Part shown: positions 38,528-49,285 of the stretch, in pieces
How positions within the stretch are numbered: the first letter of the stretch is position 1
How the letters are laid out: each line of letters begins with the position of its first letter
Assembly (NCBI GenBank): GCA_046597055.1
Contig: JBKJLC010000026.1
Span: forward strand, 1 to 58,000
Source of the DNA: Kofleriaceae bacterium
GTDB lineage: Bacteria > Myxococcota_A > Polyangia > Haliangiales > Haliangiaceae
Reading direction: 5' to 3'
DNA length: 58,000 bases
The notes under the pieces: model-generated
Seen by the model: the letters and a program-made list of their open reading frames with translations, nothing else
What the model was told of the DNA's origin: nothing
Databases searched by the model: none
Program-made: the position numbers and the translations under genes

Positions 38528-38683
38528 TCAAAAGTTCACGGCGTAGCCGAGCTTGAGCGCGGTCGACAGCGCGGCGATCTGCTCGGGCGGCGCGGCGTCG
38601 TAGGCCAGGACGAACGAGTTCACCAGCGACAGCCGTGTCGTCAGCTTGCTGGTGACCGAGCTCTCCGACTGGATATCTTTGGT
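38528..38683 (-). pseudogene. 3' fragment of a DUF481-like outer-membrane beta-barrel gene
   Basis: Not in the ORF track. Reads DIQSESSVTSKLTTRLSLVNSFVLAYDAAPPEQIAALSTALKLGYAVNF* with a terminal Phe, an in-frame stop just upstream and no start codon. Confidence 0.55.
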
Positions 38684-38831
38684 TCACGGCGAGGCCGGTG
38701 TGGGTGCGCGCGCGCGATCGGGATCAGGGGGCTAGCCCTCGCGATCGTATGGGCTCATACCGCCATCACGGCCCGGCGCAGACGCGGCAATTTTCTGCGA
38801 CCTTCCGTCGGGGCCGCCCCACTAACGACCC

Positions 38832-39266
38832 ATGTTCAAACTTCAAGCCCTGCTGTTCGTGGCGCTCGCCAGCATCGGCGTGGTCGGTTGCACCGACGAC
38901 GCCAGCACCTCGCAGTACCGTAACGCGCTGACCGGCGCCGTCTGCGTGCCGGATCCGGAGACGCTGGTCCCGCTCCACGGCCACAACGGCCAGGGCAACG
39001 GGAACGGCGGGCACAACAGCCCGACCGGAATCCCGGGTGACAACATCGACGATCCCAACAGCGGCAAGGTCGACTGCCTCGGCGATGGCGACAGCGGTCA
39101 GGGCAACGACGAGCGGAACTGCACGCCGGCGCCCGGCTGCGACGCCGAGGACTGCTGCGAGGAGCCGCCTCCGTCCGACCCGTCTGACCCGCCCCCGTCC
39201 GACCCGCCCCCGTCCGACCCGCCCCCGTCCGAGCCGCCCCCGTCCGAGCCGACGCCCATCTTCTGA
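38832..39266 (+). CDS. Small lipoprotein with G/N-rich segment and PPPS(D/E) tail
   Basis: Lipobox VVGC, GHNGQGNGNGGHN, six further Cys. Confidence 0.75.
   Translation: MFKLQALLFVALASIGVVGCTDDASTSQYRNALTGAVCVPDPETLVPLHGHNGQGNGNGGHNSPTGIPGDNIDDPNSGKVDCLGDGDSGQGNDERNCTPAPGCDAEDCCEEPPPSDPSDPPPSDPPPSDPPPSEPPPSEPTPIF
39186..39245 (+). repeat. 15-bp coding tandem repeat x4
   Basis: GA(C/G)CCGCCCCCGTCC x4 encoding (D/E)PPPS. Confidence 0.9.
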
Positions 39267-39374
39267 TGTGACGCGGGAAGCCGGCGTCGGTACGAAGGCT
39301 TCTCGGGCGCCGCACACCGACATCGGCGCTGTCGATTTCCGCATCCTCGGAGGGCCTCGGGCTCACTAACGAGC

Positions 39375-40004
39375 ATGCACAGTCGCCGTCGCCTGATTCC
39401 TTACATCGGCCTCGCCCTCGGCCTGCTCGTCACCGGTGCCTGCTCGGACGACGACGAGATCGACTCCAACGAGGAGGCGCGCCGCGCGTACCTCGGCCTG
39501 AACGCCTCGATCGAGAAGGCGCTGAACCTGGGCTTCGTCGGCTACAACACGGCGAACAGCGCGAACATCGATCCGCAGGCGACCGCCGGCGTCGCGACCG
39601 GCTCGCTGACGATCACCGGGCAGGTCGACCAGAGCGCGTCGGACAACAAGGGCATGCGGCTCCGGGTCGGCATGGTCGACTACTCCGATGGGCCCGTGGT
39701 GGTCGTCGTCGACGAGGAGGAGCTCGAGGTCGACCTGACCTACGACACCACCGAGGTGACGGCCAACCAGCCCTACCTGCAGCTGTCGTTGCGCGACTTC
39801 CCCAACGGCACGCTCACCGGCAGCCTGACCGGCGTCTATCTGCTGCACGGCGCGATCGAGGGCGACGTCACGCTCGACCTGATGATGACCGGCACCACGG
39901 TCGACGGAGGCAACCAGACCATCGTCCGGCCGCCCGGCTCCACCCACGTCACTGGCAGTGCGACCTCGGGCGACGGCCGGTACATGGTCGACGTCCAGAT
40001 CTGA
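39375..40004 (+). CDS. Hypothetical lipoprotein
   Basis: Lipobox TGAC and a beta-rich body. Confidence 0.8.
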   Translation: MHSRRRLIPYIGLALGLLVTGACSDDDEIDSNEEARRAYLGLNASIEKALNLGFVGYNTANSANIDPQATAGVATGSLTITGQVDQSASDNKGMRLRVGMVDYSDGPVVVVVDEEELEVDLTYDTTEVTANQPYLQLSLRDFPNGTLTGSLTGVYLLHGAIEGDVTLDLMMTGTTVDGGNQTIVRPPGSTHVTGSATSGDGRYMVDVQI

Positions 40005-40046
40005 CCGCGGTTCGGCCGGACCTCGCGTCCGCGCTACGATGTCGCG

Positions 40047-40533
40047 ATGATCGACGCGTACACCTGGACCACGCCGAACGGCCAGAAGCTGCTCATCGCG
40101 CTGGAGGAAGATCCCGGCGATCGTCGACGCCGACGGGCCTGACGGTGTGCCGATCACGGGGTTCGAGTCGGGCGCGGTGCTCCTCTACCTGGCGGACAAG
40201 GCCCAGCGCCTCATCCCGGCCACCGGCGCCGCGCGCTACCAGGTCGGTCAGCTCGGCTACTTCAAGAAGTACGCGCCCGAGAAGGTCCCGGCCGCGATCG
40301 AGCGCTACATGAAGGAGACCCAGCGGCGCTTCGGCGTGCTCGACCGGCACCTGGCGACCGTGCCCTACCTGGCCACGACCTACTCGGTCGCTGACCTGAT
40401 GAACGTCACGTGGGTCCACGCCGGCGAGGGCCTGGGCGTGGCGATCGAGGACTCCGAACATCTCCGGCGCTGGCACGACGACGTGATGGCGCGGCCCGGC
40501 GTGCAGCGTGGGTACGCGCTGCAGCCGACTTGA
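40047..40533 (+). pseudogene. Glutathione S-transferase (YfcG/YghU-like) with internal deletions and a frameshift
   Basis: MIDAYTWTTPNGQKLLIALEE joins out of frame to KIPAIVD..FESGAVLLYLADK. The usual intervening segment and the QWLFWQM-type helix are missing. Confidence 0.8.
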
Positions 40534-40724
40534 GCGCGGGCAGCCAGCCGGCTGTGACCCGCTTCACGCGCGGTCGGCGCGGATCAGCAGCGCCCGGTGG
40601 GGCGCGGGTGCTGGGGCGAGCGGCACCGCCACGTCACGACCGCTCGTACCGACTCCCACACCGATGAATGAATCGCAGATACAAGCATTTACGGCGAGGC
40701 ACACCACGTGCAAAGAGCCGTATC

Positions 40725-41450
40725 GTGCTCAGCCCTCGCATCGTCTTCGTGCTCCCCGCGTTCGCCCTCGTCGCGTGTGTCTCGAGCCCGGACGACCCGA
40801 ACGACCTGGATGACGTACGGCCCGGGATGATCCACGGATGGACCGTCGCCGACGCGACCACCTTGGTCGACGCCGCGACGTCCGGGGATGCTGCCACGGC
40901 CCCGGACGCCCCCGGCGAGCCGGACCCCGACCCGCCGCCGGCGCCGCCGGGCGATCTGTGCGCGGTGCCCTCGGTCGAGAGCTGGTCGGGCACGGCCTCG
41001 CGCGACAACACGATCGGCTACCCCGACAACATCAACGCGACCGTCACCTGGACCCGCGTCGGCACCAGCGGATGCGTCGATAGCTACACGCCGACCGGCA
41101 CCGCCGAGTACCGCCACGCAATCCCCGGCGCGCAGTGCGCGCAGTCGATCTCGCCGACCCACCACCCGATCGCCAGCGGGGACGGCACGCTCACCATCGA
41201 CCGGACGACCTCGCCGCCGACCTTCACCGGCCGCGGCGCCACCCTGTGGCCGATCACCTTCCGCTGCGTGCTCGCCGACGGCACCGTCGAGGAGTCGCCG
41301 ATGGATGGCGGCGCGATCTGGTTCGACATGGCCGGCACGGTCACCGCCGGCGCGATCAGCGGCAGCGACGACGTCGAGGAGGATGCTTCCCGCTGCGGTC
41401 CCAACGGCATCGCGCCTTGCACCTACGCCTGGTCGTTCACCGCCAACTGA
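40725..41450 (+). CDS. Hypothetical lipoprotein
   Basis: GTG start, lipobox LVAC, Cys pairs. Confidence 0.7.
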   Translation: MLSPRIVFVLPAFALVACVSSPDDPNDLDDVRPGMIHGWTVADATTLVDAATSGDAATAPDAPGEPDPDPPPAPPGDLCAVPSVESWSGTASRDNTIGYPDNINATVTWTRVGTSGCVDSYTPTGTAEYRHAIPGAQCAQSISPTHHPIASGDGTLTIDRTTSPPTFTGRGATLWPITFRCVLADGTVEESPMDGGAIWFDMAGTVTAGAISGSDDVEEDASRCGPNGIAPCTYAWSFTAN

Positions 41451-41498
41451 GCCGCGCTCGCCGGCGGCGCTCACACGCGGGTCGAGTACGCTGCCGCC

Positions 41499-41924
41499 AT
41501 GGTTGCCACTCCGCTCCGCGACGCCGTGGTCTCCGTCTTCACCCGGCTGTCGCACGACGGCAGCGCGATCGACGAGCTGCGGCCGCTCTACGCGCACGAC
41601 GTCCGCTTCGTCGATCCGATCCAGGCGGTCGTGGGCGTCGACGAGTTCATCGCGATCAACCAGCGGCTGGCCGCGCGGGCCCGCGGGCTCAGCTTCCTGG
41701 TCGATCGTGTGGTCGGTGACGACGCCGAGTTCTTCCTGACCTGGCGGCTGCGGGTGCGGCCGCGGATCGGCCCGCTGCTCGAGGTCGACGGCGTCTCGCA
41801 CCTGACCGGGCGCGACGGCAAGGTCCAGGCGCACCGCGACTACTGGGACCTGGCCAACTTCCTCGCCAGCGGGGTGCCCGGCGGCGAGCGCCTGCTGCGC
41901 TTCGCGCTCAAGCCACTGGCCTGA
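41499..41924 (+). CDS. SnoaL-like/NTF2-fold protein
   Basis: [27 protein letters not shown]. Confidence 0.88.
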   Translation: MVATPLRDAVVSVFTRLSHDGSAIDELRPLYAHDVRFVDPIQAVVGVDEFIAINQRLAARARGLSFLVDRVVGDDAEFFLTWRLRVRPRIGPLLEVDGVSHLTGRDGKVQAHRDYWDLANFLASGVPGGERLLRFALKPLA

Positions 41925-42159
41925 GGCCGCTCGCGAGCGAGGAGGGCGCCCTTAGCTCGACTTCTCGGCGGTCGGTCCGGAGCCCGTCGCACGGCTGCGG
42001 ATGGTTACTCCAAGTGCGCCGGGCACCCGGCTTTCGGCCGGGCTTGGCGTGATTTTTTGCGCGGCCGGGGTGCCACGCTTCGCTTGGCTCGGAGGCGATC
42101 GGCGTTGAGGTCGCCGCCGCGAGGCACTTCCTTCGCGGGCGGGCCGCGCGTACGGCGGC

Positions 42160-43175
42160 GCGGTGCTCGGGGCCGATGTCACCCACGACCGCGGTGCCGG
42201 TGTGGATGCCGACCCCGATCGCGAGGATCACCTCGCCGCGCGCGGCCCGCCGCTGGTTCAGGTCGGCGAGCGCGTCGAGCATGTCGAGCGCGCAGCCGAC
42301 CGCGGCGGTGGCGTGATCGGGCTGGGCGAGCGGCGCGCCGAAGTAGACCAGGATGCCGTCGCCGATGAACTTGTCGAGCCTGCCGCCCCGCGCGAACACG
42401 ACCTCGACCATGACGCCGAGGTACTCGTTGAGCAGCGCCGACACGTCCCCGGCCGACAGCGTCTCGGCCAACCCGGTGAAGCCGCGGATGTCGGAGAACA
42501 GCACGCTCACGTCGCGCGGCTCGGGCGCGGTCAGGGTCGAGCCGGCGGCGGCCAGCCGGTCGGCGACCGCCGGCGAGAAGTAGCGCGACAGCCGGGTCCG
42601 CGCCGCCTGCTCGCGCGTCACCGCCGCGACGATGCGGCCGAGCCAGCGCACCGCGAAGCCCGCCATCATCGCGGCCGCGCCGAGGATCATGAGCGCCCCC
42701 ACGATGCGGTCGGGCTCACCCGCCGCCGCGAGCAGCCAGCTCGACGCACCGGCCGCGCCCACCGCGGTCATCGCCGCCATGCGCACGTCGAGCGTGAAGA
42801 CCGACGCGAACACCAGCGCCGCCATCGGCCCGATCGTGAGCGCGGCCGGCACCCCGGCGTCGGGCGCGTGCCGCATCGTGCTCAGCGTGATGACGTGCAG
42901 CGCGACCACGTCGAGCAAGGTCGAGGACCGCAGGCCCCGTCGGGCCCCGACCCGCAGCACCACCCGCGGAATCGCGGCGATCCCGGCGTAGCCGGCGACC
43001 AGCGGCAGCGCCGCCTGCGCCTCGGCCCGCTCGGCCACGAACGCGAAGTACGTCAGCGTGGCGAGCCAGACCAGCGCCGTGAACGGCGCGGATTGTGATG
43101 GGCGACCGAGGCCACCGCCGCGACCTCGCGCGCGACCTCACGCTGGTACGCCCCCTCGTGCACCATGCCGCATGG
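42160..43175 (-). pseudogene. Membrane class III adenylate/guanylate cyclase, C-terminally truncated, N-terminus frameshifted
   Basis: [20 protein letters not shown] and [20 protein letters not shown], then divergence into non-homologous sequence. The essential GDxVNxAxR motif is absent. Confidence 0.75.
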
Positions 43176-43207
43176 TACCCGAGCCCACCCCCGCGGGCGG
43201 GCCGGGG

Positions 43208-43996
43208 TCATCCGGGCGGCGGCGCCGGTGGCAGCGCGACGTACGAGTTGTCGAGCTCGTCCTGGACCACACGGATCTCACCAGCGACCGGCGCGACCCG
43301 CAGCGCGCCGGCGAGGACCCGGCTGCGGAACTTCCAGCCGTCGGCGGGCTTCAAGCGCTCACCGAGGCGGGCCAGCCCGGGCGCGGTCAGCGGCGCCTTC
43401 TGCACGCTGAACGAGATCATCGCGTAGGCGGCGCCGTCGGGCCCGAGCAGCTCGTGCACCGGATGGCCGGCGTCGAACACGAACGTGCCGTTGCCCGGGA
43501 CCACGTGGATCCGGTACGGCTTCTGGGCGTCGCCGGCATCCAGGACCGAGAACTCGAGGCGACCGATCTTCCGCACCTCGAGGCCGCCCACCACGCGCGC
43601 CGGCTCGAGCGCCTCGGTCGCGCCCTCGATCCGGTCGACCGCCCAGTACCGCGGGCCCTTCACGATCACCCGGGTCGCCCCCAGCTGGTCGGCCAGCCGC
43701 CCCGGATCGAGCGCCCGGAACTGCGGGTCCGGACAGTCGTTCAGGCCGGCCGAGCTGTAGATGTCGACCGCCAGCCGCAGCCCGCTGCGCTCGGCGATCA
43801 AGATCTCGCAGTAGCGCGCGCCCCGCATCGCGTCGGCGCGCGCCGTCGGCGCGGCCGGCGCCGCGCGCTCCACCGGCTGCGCGGGTGCCGCCGGCGGCAC
43901 CGGCGGCCGCGGCGGGCCACACGCCGCGAGGGCGACCGCCAGCGCGAGCGCGGGTACCCGTCGATCGCCCGGGCCAGGTCGAGATGAACAAGCCAT
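43208..43996 (-). CDS. Hypothetical lipoprotein
   Basis: Lipobox LAAC; RGARYCEIL, GLNDCP, GPRYWAVD, VVQDELDNSY. Confidence 0.7.
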   Translation of the reverse strand: MACSSRPGPGDRRVPALALAVALAACGPPRPPVPPAAPAQPVERAAPAAPTARADAMRGARYCEILIAERSGLRLAVDIYSSAGLNDCPDPQFRALDPGRLADQLGATRVIVKGPRYWAVDRIEGATEALEPARVVGGLEVRKIGRLEFSVLDAGDAQKPYRIHVVPGNGTFVFDAGHPVHELLGPDGAAYAMISFSVQKAPLTAPGLARLGERLKPADGWKFRSRVLAGALRVAPVAGEIRVVQDELDNSYVALPPAPPPG

Positions 43997-44166
43997 CGTG
44001 CCCTGGTAGCAGGTCGCGACCGGGCTGCGCAGGTCGATCCCGCGCCGGGTCGGCCAGAATCGCACCCGCACGGCCGCTGCATCACGTGGTGGCAGCGGTG
44101 GCGCGGCCGGGCCGGGGTACCGCCGAGGGTGAAACCGGCCACGCGGTCGAGTACCTTCGCGCCACC

Positions 44167-45090
44167 GTGACGGAGGCAGCGCTCAACGTGGGCTACCGCG
44201 CGCTCGCGGTGATGGACGAGGTGCAAGGTGCGCAGGTGCCGGTGCACCTGCTGTATCCGACCGAGGCGCCGGCGCGGACGGAGGCGTTCGGCCCGTACCA
44301 GCTCGCGCTCGCGCGCGAGGCGCCGGTGGTGGGCGAGAGGCTGCCGCTGGTCGTCGTCTCGCACGGGACCGGCAGCACGCCCTGGGTGCAGCGGGTGCTG
44401 GCGGCGCAGCTGGCCCGGGCCGGGATGGCGGTCGTGTTGCTCGAGCATCCGGGCAACTCGCGGAGCGACGACGCGCTGGCGGGGACGCCGGCGAACCTCG
44501 CCAACCGGCCCCGCCACGTGCGGCTCGCGCTCGACGCGGCGTTCGCCGATGCGGAGGTCGGTGCGCGACTGGTACCGGATGCGGCGGCGGTGGTCGGGCA
44601 CTCGCTCGGTGGCTACACCGCGCTCGCGGTCGCCGGTGGTCGGCCGATGGCGCTGCCGGACCAGGCGCCCGATGGGATCGCGCGGCCGGTGCCGGTGGTC
44701 GCCGATCCCCGGGTGCGCGCGGTGGTGCTGCTGGCGCCGGCCTTGCCGTGGTTCATGGCGCCGGGCGCGCTGGCGGACGTGCGCGTGCCGCTGTTCGTGC
44801 GCACCGGCGAGCGCGACGAGCACGCGCCGCCCGGGTACGTCGAGCAGATCCTGCGCGGCCTCCCCCCGGATGCGCGCCTGGACTACCAGATCGTGCCCGG
44901 TGCCGGGCACTTCGGGTTCATGGCGCCGTTTCCGCCCGCGCTGGCGCGACCCGGCTTCGCGCCCGCGCAGGATCCGCCGGGCTTCGACCGCGCCGGGTAT
45001 CAGCAACAGCTGGGCGCCGAGGTGCGCGGGTTCGTGCGGACCGCGCTGACGCCCCGGGTCGGCGGCCCCGGCGCCGCGAGTCTCACGTAG
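44167..45090 (+). CDS. Alpha/beta hydrolase (predicted dienelactone hydrolase type)
   Basis: LVVVSHGTG, GHSLGG, GERD, GAGHFGF. Start is 44167 or 44188. Confidence 0.88.
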   Translation: MTEAALNVGYRALAVMDEVQGAQVPVHLLYPTEAPARTEAFGPYQLALAREAPVVGERLPLVVVSHGTGSTPWVQRVLAAQLARAGMAVVLLEHPGNSRSDDALAGTPANLANRPRHVRLALDAAFADAEVGARLVPDAAAVVGHSLGGYTALAVAGGRPMALPDQAPDGIARPVPVVADPRVRAVVLLAPALPWFMAPGALADVRVPLFVRTGERDEHAPPGYVEQILRGLPPDARLDYQIVPGAGHFGFMAPFPPALARPGFAPAQDPPGFDRAGYQQQLGAEVRGFVRTALTPRVGGPGAASLT

Positions 45091-45149
45091 GATGCTCGTC
45101 CGGGGCCTCGCGACCGGACCGTGCGCCCGCGGGTGACGCGACCCTCCTC

Positions 45150-48131
45150 ATGATCGACTCCCCGCCGCCTGCGCTCGCCGGTCCGCTGCACCTGATCCAG
45201 CGGCTGTATCTGGCCGAGGACCTGGTCCGGCGCCGGCGCGCGGACGAGGAGCGGCGGCACGTGGCGTCGCAGCGCTCGGCGCGGGTCGATCCGAACCCGC
45301 ACCAGATCGACGCGGTGATCTTCGCGCTGACCCGGCTCGGCGACGGCGGGTGCATCCTGGCCGACGAGGTCGGGCTCGGCAAGACGATCGAGGCCGGCCT
45401 CGTGATCGCGCAGCTGCGGGCCGAGGGCGCGCAGCGGGTGCTGGTGGTGACGCCCAAGGCGCTGCTCGGGCAGTGGAAGCAGGAGCTGTTCAGCCTGTTC
45501 GCGATCGACGCGCACGAGGTCGCCCGCGGCCCCGACGGCTTCGCGGGGACCGGGGTGTTCCTGGCGGCGCGCGATCTGGTCGGCAGCGAGGCGGGCGCGG
45601 CCCGGCTCCAGGCGGCCGAGCGCTTCGACCTGTGCGTGATCGACGAGGCCCACGAGGTGTTCGCCGGCATCTACAAGCGCTTCGATCGCCACGGCTCCAA
45701 CCGCGAGGACTCACCGATGGCGCGGATGGCCGGGCGGTTGTCGCAGGCGATCCGCGACAGCGGCACGCCGGTGCTGCTGCTGACCGCGACGCCGATCCAG
45801 AACTCGCTGCTCGAGCTGTGGGGCCTGGTCCACTACATCGACCCGACCGGGACCCTGCTCGGCGATCTGTCGACCTTCCGCGAGCTGTTCTGTCCCAGCG
45901 ATCCGCGGGTGCTGGCCGAGGGCCAGGCTCACGAGCTGCACCGGCGTCTCGCCACCGTGCTCAAGCGGACGCTGCGGCGGCAGGCGCAGGAGTTCATGCG
46001 CGAGCCGTTCATGGGTCGCCAGGCCCGGCTGTTCGACTACGCGATGAGCCCCGAGGAGCGCGCGCTCTACGACGACCTCACCAGCTACCTGCTCGAGCCG
46101 ACCCTGCACGCGTTCCGCGGCAACCAGCGCAAGCTCTTGCTGATCGGCTTCCACCGACGGATGGCGTCGTCGATCGCCGCGCTCGGCAAGAGCCTGGGCC
46201 GGGTCGCGGCCCGGCTGCGCGAGCTGCGCGACGGCAGGCCGCCCGACGACGCCGCCGACCGCGACGCCCTGCTCGGCGATCCCGACGACGACGAGGCCGG
46301 CGACGACGCCGCCGGTCCCGCGCCGCCGGCGGCCGCGGCCAGCATCGGCGCCGAGCTGGCCCGGGTCGAGGGCTTCGTGGCCCGGGCCCGCGCGCTGCCG
46401 ACCGACAGCAAGGCCCGCGCGCTGGTCAGCGCGGTGCGCCTGGTGATGGATCAGGCCGAGGTCGGCAGGAGCAAGGGCAAGGTCGTGATCTTCACCGAGT
46501 TCCTGGCGACGCAGGAGTACTTGCGCCAGCTGCTCCTCGACAGTCGCCTGGTCGGCGACGGTGACATCACGCTGTTCCGCGGCAGCAACGACCTGCCCCG
46601 CCAGCTCCAGGCGCTGGCGCGCTGGGGCGACGAGGTCGGCAGCAAGATGGACCCGGCCAGCCGGCCCAGCCCCGACGTCGCGATGCGGCTCGCGCTGGTC
46701 CACGAGTTTCGCACGGCGTCGCGGATCCTGATCTCGACCGAGTCCGGGGCGAAGGGCCTCAACCTCCAGTTCTGCGACACCGTCATCAACTACGACCTGC
46801 CGTGGAACCCGCAGCGCATCGAGCAGCGCATCGGGCGCTGCCACCGCTACGCCCAGCAGCGCGACGTCACCGTCATCAACTTCATCGCGCGCGACAACGA
46901 GGCCCAGCAGCTCACGTTCGAGATCCTGAGCCAGAAGCTCGACCTGTTCGGCACCGTGCTCGGCGCCAGCGACGAGGTGCTGCACCGCCCGGGCCCGATC
47001 GCGTCGGAGTCGCTGGTCAGCGCGGTCGGCGGCGACTTCGAGGCCCAGCTCAACCGGATCTACGATCGGGCCCGCAGCCACGACGAGGTCGTGCGCGAGC
47101 TGCGCGAGCTGCGCGACGCCATGGACAGCAAGCGGCGCGAGTTCGAGAGCGCCCAGCAGCGGACCGACCAGGTCATCCAGAGCCGGTTCGATGCCTCGGT
47201 GCGCGAGGTGTTCGCCCGCATCCAGGAGGCGCTGCCGCGCGAGCTGGCCGAGTTCGACCGCCAGGTCCAGGACGTGGTGACCGGCTACCTCGACGCGCTG
47301 GGGGTCGGCTACCGGTTCGAGCGCCAACCCGAGGGCGCCGAGCTGGTGGTCCCGCCCTCGCCGCGGCTGCCGGCCGGCCTCGCCGACGGGGTCCACTGCC
47401 TGGTCGGCACGCCGATCAAGGGGTCGCCGCTGACCCAGCTGCACCTGGGCCACCCGCTGGTGCTGGCCGCGCTGTCCGAAACCCGGACAGCCGCCCGCGC
47501 CCAGCGCTTCGTGGTGACCGTCCACGCCGGGACGCCCGAGGGGCAGGCGCTGCGCGGCCAGCGCGGGCGGCTCCGGCTGGTCCGGGTGCGCTACCGTGGG
47601 TTCGAGACCACCGAGCAGCTGCTGCCGGTGGTCGTGCTCGACGGGTCGCCCACGCCGCTGCCGGTCGAGCTGGCCCGCGCGCTGCTGGCTGCGCCGATCG
47701 CCGATGCGCCGGCGCCGGCGCCGCGGTCGGCGGTGACCGACGCCGAGCTGGCCGACGCGCTCGACGAGCTGCGGTTCCTCGATCCCAGCGGCGCCAGCGA
47801 GCAGCCGCGGTTCGAGCGCACGCTCGAGCAGGTCGAGCGGTTCATGAGCGACCGGATCTTGTTGCTCGAGCGCCGGCGCGACGCGGTGGTCGTCACCCTG
47901 GGCAGGGCCGAGACCGCGCGCGACGCCGCGGTCGGCGCCGAGCAGCGCGACCGCGCCGAGGCCGGCTTGCGCCGCGCCCAGGTCGAGCTCGAGCAGCTCG
48001 ACGCCGACCTCGCCCGGCTGCGCGCCGGCGACGACGCGACCTACCAGCGCTGGCGCCAGCGCACCGAGGAGCGCCGGTACCCGGCGCCCGAGATCGAGGC
48101 GCTGCTCGACGCCGAGCTCGTGATCACATGA
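45150..48131 (+). CDS. SNF2-family helicase/translocase with RapA-like C-terminal extension
   Basis: PHQ, ILADEVGLGKT, DEAH, LTATP, GLNLQ..NYDLPWNPQRIEQRIGRCHRY. Confidence 0.93.
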   Translation: MIDSPPPALAGPLHLIQRLYLAEDLVRRRRADEERRHVASQRSARVDPNPHQIDAVIFALTRLGDGGCILADEVGLGKTIEAGLVIAQLRAEGAQRVLVVTPKALLGQWKQELFSLFAIDAHEVARGPDGFAGTGVFLAARDLVGSEAGAARLQAAERFDLCVIDEAHEVFAGIYKRFDRHGSNREDSPMARMAGRLSQAIRDSGTPVLLLTATPIQNSLLELWGLVHYIDPTGTLLGDLSTFRELFCPSDPRVLAEGQAHELHRRLATVLKRTLRRQAQEFMREPFMGRQARLFDYAMSPEERALYDDLTSYLLEPTLHAFRGNQRKLLLIGFHRRMASSIAALGKSLGRVAARLRELRDGRPPDDAADRDALLGDPDDDEAGDDAAGPAPPAAAASIGAELARVEGFVARARALPTDSKARALVSAVRLVMDQAEVGRSKGKVVIFTEFLATQEYLRQLLLDSRLVGDGDITLFRGSNDLPRQLQALARWGDEVGSKMDPASRPSPDVAMRLALVHEFRTASRILISTESGAKGLNLQFCDTVINYDLPWNPQRIEQRIGRCHRYAQQRDVTVINFIARDNEAQQLTFEILSQKLDLFGTVLGASDEVLHRPGPIASESLVSAVGGDFEAQLNRIYDRARSHDEVVRELRELRDAMDSKRREFESAQQRTDQVIQSRFDASVREVFARIQEALPRELAEFDRQVQDVVTGYLDALGVGYRFERQPEGAELVVPPSPRLPAGLADGVHCLVGTPIKGSPLTQLHLGHPLVLAALSETRTAARAQRFVVTVHAGTPEGQALRGQRGRLRLVRVRYRGFETTEQLLPVVVLDGSPTPLPVELARALLAAPIADAPAPAPRSAVTDAELADALDELRFLDPSGASEQPRFERTLEQVERFMSDRILLLERRRDAVVVTLGRAETARDAAVGAEQRDRAEAGLRRAQVELEQLDADLARLRAGDDATYQRWRQRTEERRYPAPEIEALLDAELVIT

Positions 48132-49285
48132 CCAGGCCCGAGGGAGACGACGTGGCGCTCAAACTGCTCCATACCGCCGACTGGCACCTCGGGCGCCGGT
48201 TCCCGCGCTTCGACGAGGCCGACCAGCAGACGCTGTCGCGGGCCCGGCTCGACGTGCTCGCCAAGATCCTGCTCGCGGCCGACCACCACGGCGTCGACGC
48301 GATCCTGTGCGCCGGCGATCTGTTCGACGAGCCTGCGCCCGATCGCGCGTGGTGGCAGCCGGTGGCGACCTTGCTCGGCGCCAGCCGCAGCCGCCGGCCG
48401 GTGTTCCTGCTGCCCGGCAACCACGATCCGCTGCAGACCGGCTCGGTCTACCACCCCGATCACGGGTTCCGCCGGGCGCTGCCAGCGTGGGTGCACGTGG
48501 TCGATCGCGACGACTACAGCCACCGCCTCAACGAGGTCGCGATCCTGCACGCCCGGCCGTGTCGGTCGCGCGCCGGTCAGGACGACCCGGCGCTGGCGCT
48601 GCCCGCGCGCGAGGCGAGCGACGAGACGATCCGGATCGGCATGGTCCACGGCAGCACGTTCGACGCGGTCGACTGCCAGACCAACTTTCCGATCGCGAAG
48701 GACGCGGCGGCCCGGCGCGGCTTCGACTACCTCGCGATCGGCGACACCCACAGCTTCCGCGACGTGCCCCCGGGCGCGAAGCCGCCGGTGGTCTATCCGG
48801 GCGCGCCCGAGGCGACCTCGTTCGGCGAGCCCGACGCCGGCAACGTGGTCGTGGTGTTCGTCAGTCGCAACCGCAAGGTCCTGTTCCGCCCCGAGCGGGT
48901 CGCCAACTGGACGTGGAGCGACCGCACCGTGCGCTCGCTGGCCGGGCTGCGCGAGCTGCGGGCCGAGCCGACCCTGGCCCGGATGGTGCTGCGGTTGACC
49001 GTCGACGTGCGGCTGACCGCGCCCGAGCTCGAGGAGGCCGAGGCGATCTTGACCGAGCTCAAGGGCACCAGCGCCGCCCACGGCCGGGTCGGCATCCTCC
49101 AGCTCGACCGCCGCAGCCTGGCCCTCGACAGCCGCGGGATCGAGGCGGCGCTCACCGATCTGCCCGACGTCCTGCGCGCCACCTTCGAGCGGCTGCAGGC
49201 GCTGGAGACCGGCGAGCAGGCCGAGGTCGCCAAGGCCGCGCTGTTCCACCTCTACAAGCTGGTCCGCGACGCGGAGGCCTCGTGA
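48128..49285 (+). CDS. Mre11/SbcD-like metallophosphoesterase nuclease
   Basis: HTADWHLG, AGDLFD, PGNHD, HG, YLAIGDTH, YPGAPE. ATGA overlap with the SNF2 stop. Confidence 0.92.
   Translation: MTRPEGDDVALKLLHTADWHLGRRFPRFDEADQQTLSRARLDVLAKILLAADHHGVDAILCAGDLFDEPAPDRAWWQPVATLLGASRSRRPVFLLPGNHDPLQTGSVYHPDHGFRRALPAWVHVVDRDDYSHRLNEVAILHARPCRSRAGQDDPALALPAREASDETIRIGMVHGSTFDAVDCQTNFPIAKDAAARRGFDYLAIGDTHSFRDVPPGAKPPVVYPGAPEATSFGEPDAGNVVVVFVSRNRKVLFRPERVANWTWSDRTVRSLAGLRELRAEPTLARMVLRLTVDVRLTAPELEEAEAILTELKGTSAAHGRVGILQLDRRSLALDSRGIEAALTDLPDVLRATFERLQALETGEQAEVAKAALFHLYKLVRDAEAS

Noticed and set aside
48307..49281. 1622-aa version of the Rad50-like ORF
   Set aside because: The extension overlaps the nuclease in another frame; the RBS and the Walker A position support GTG 49282.
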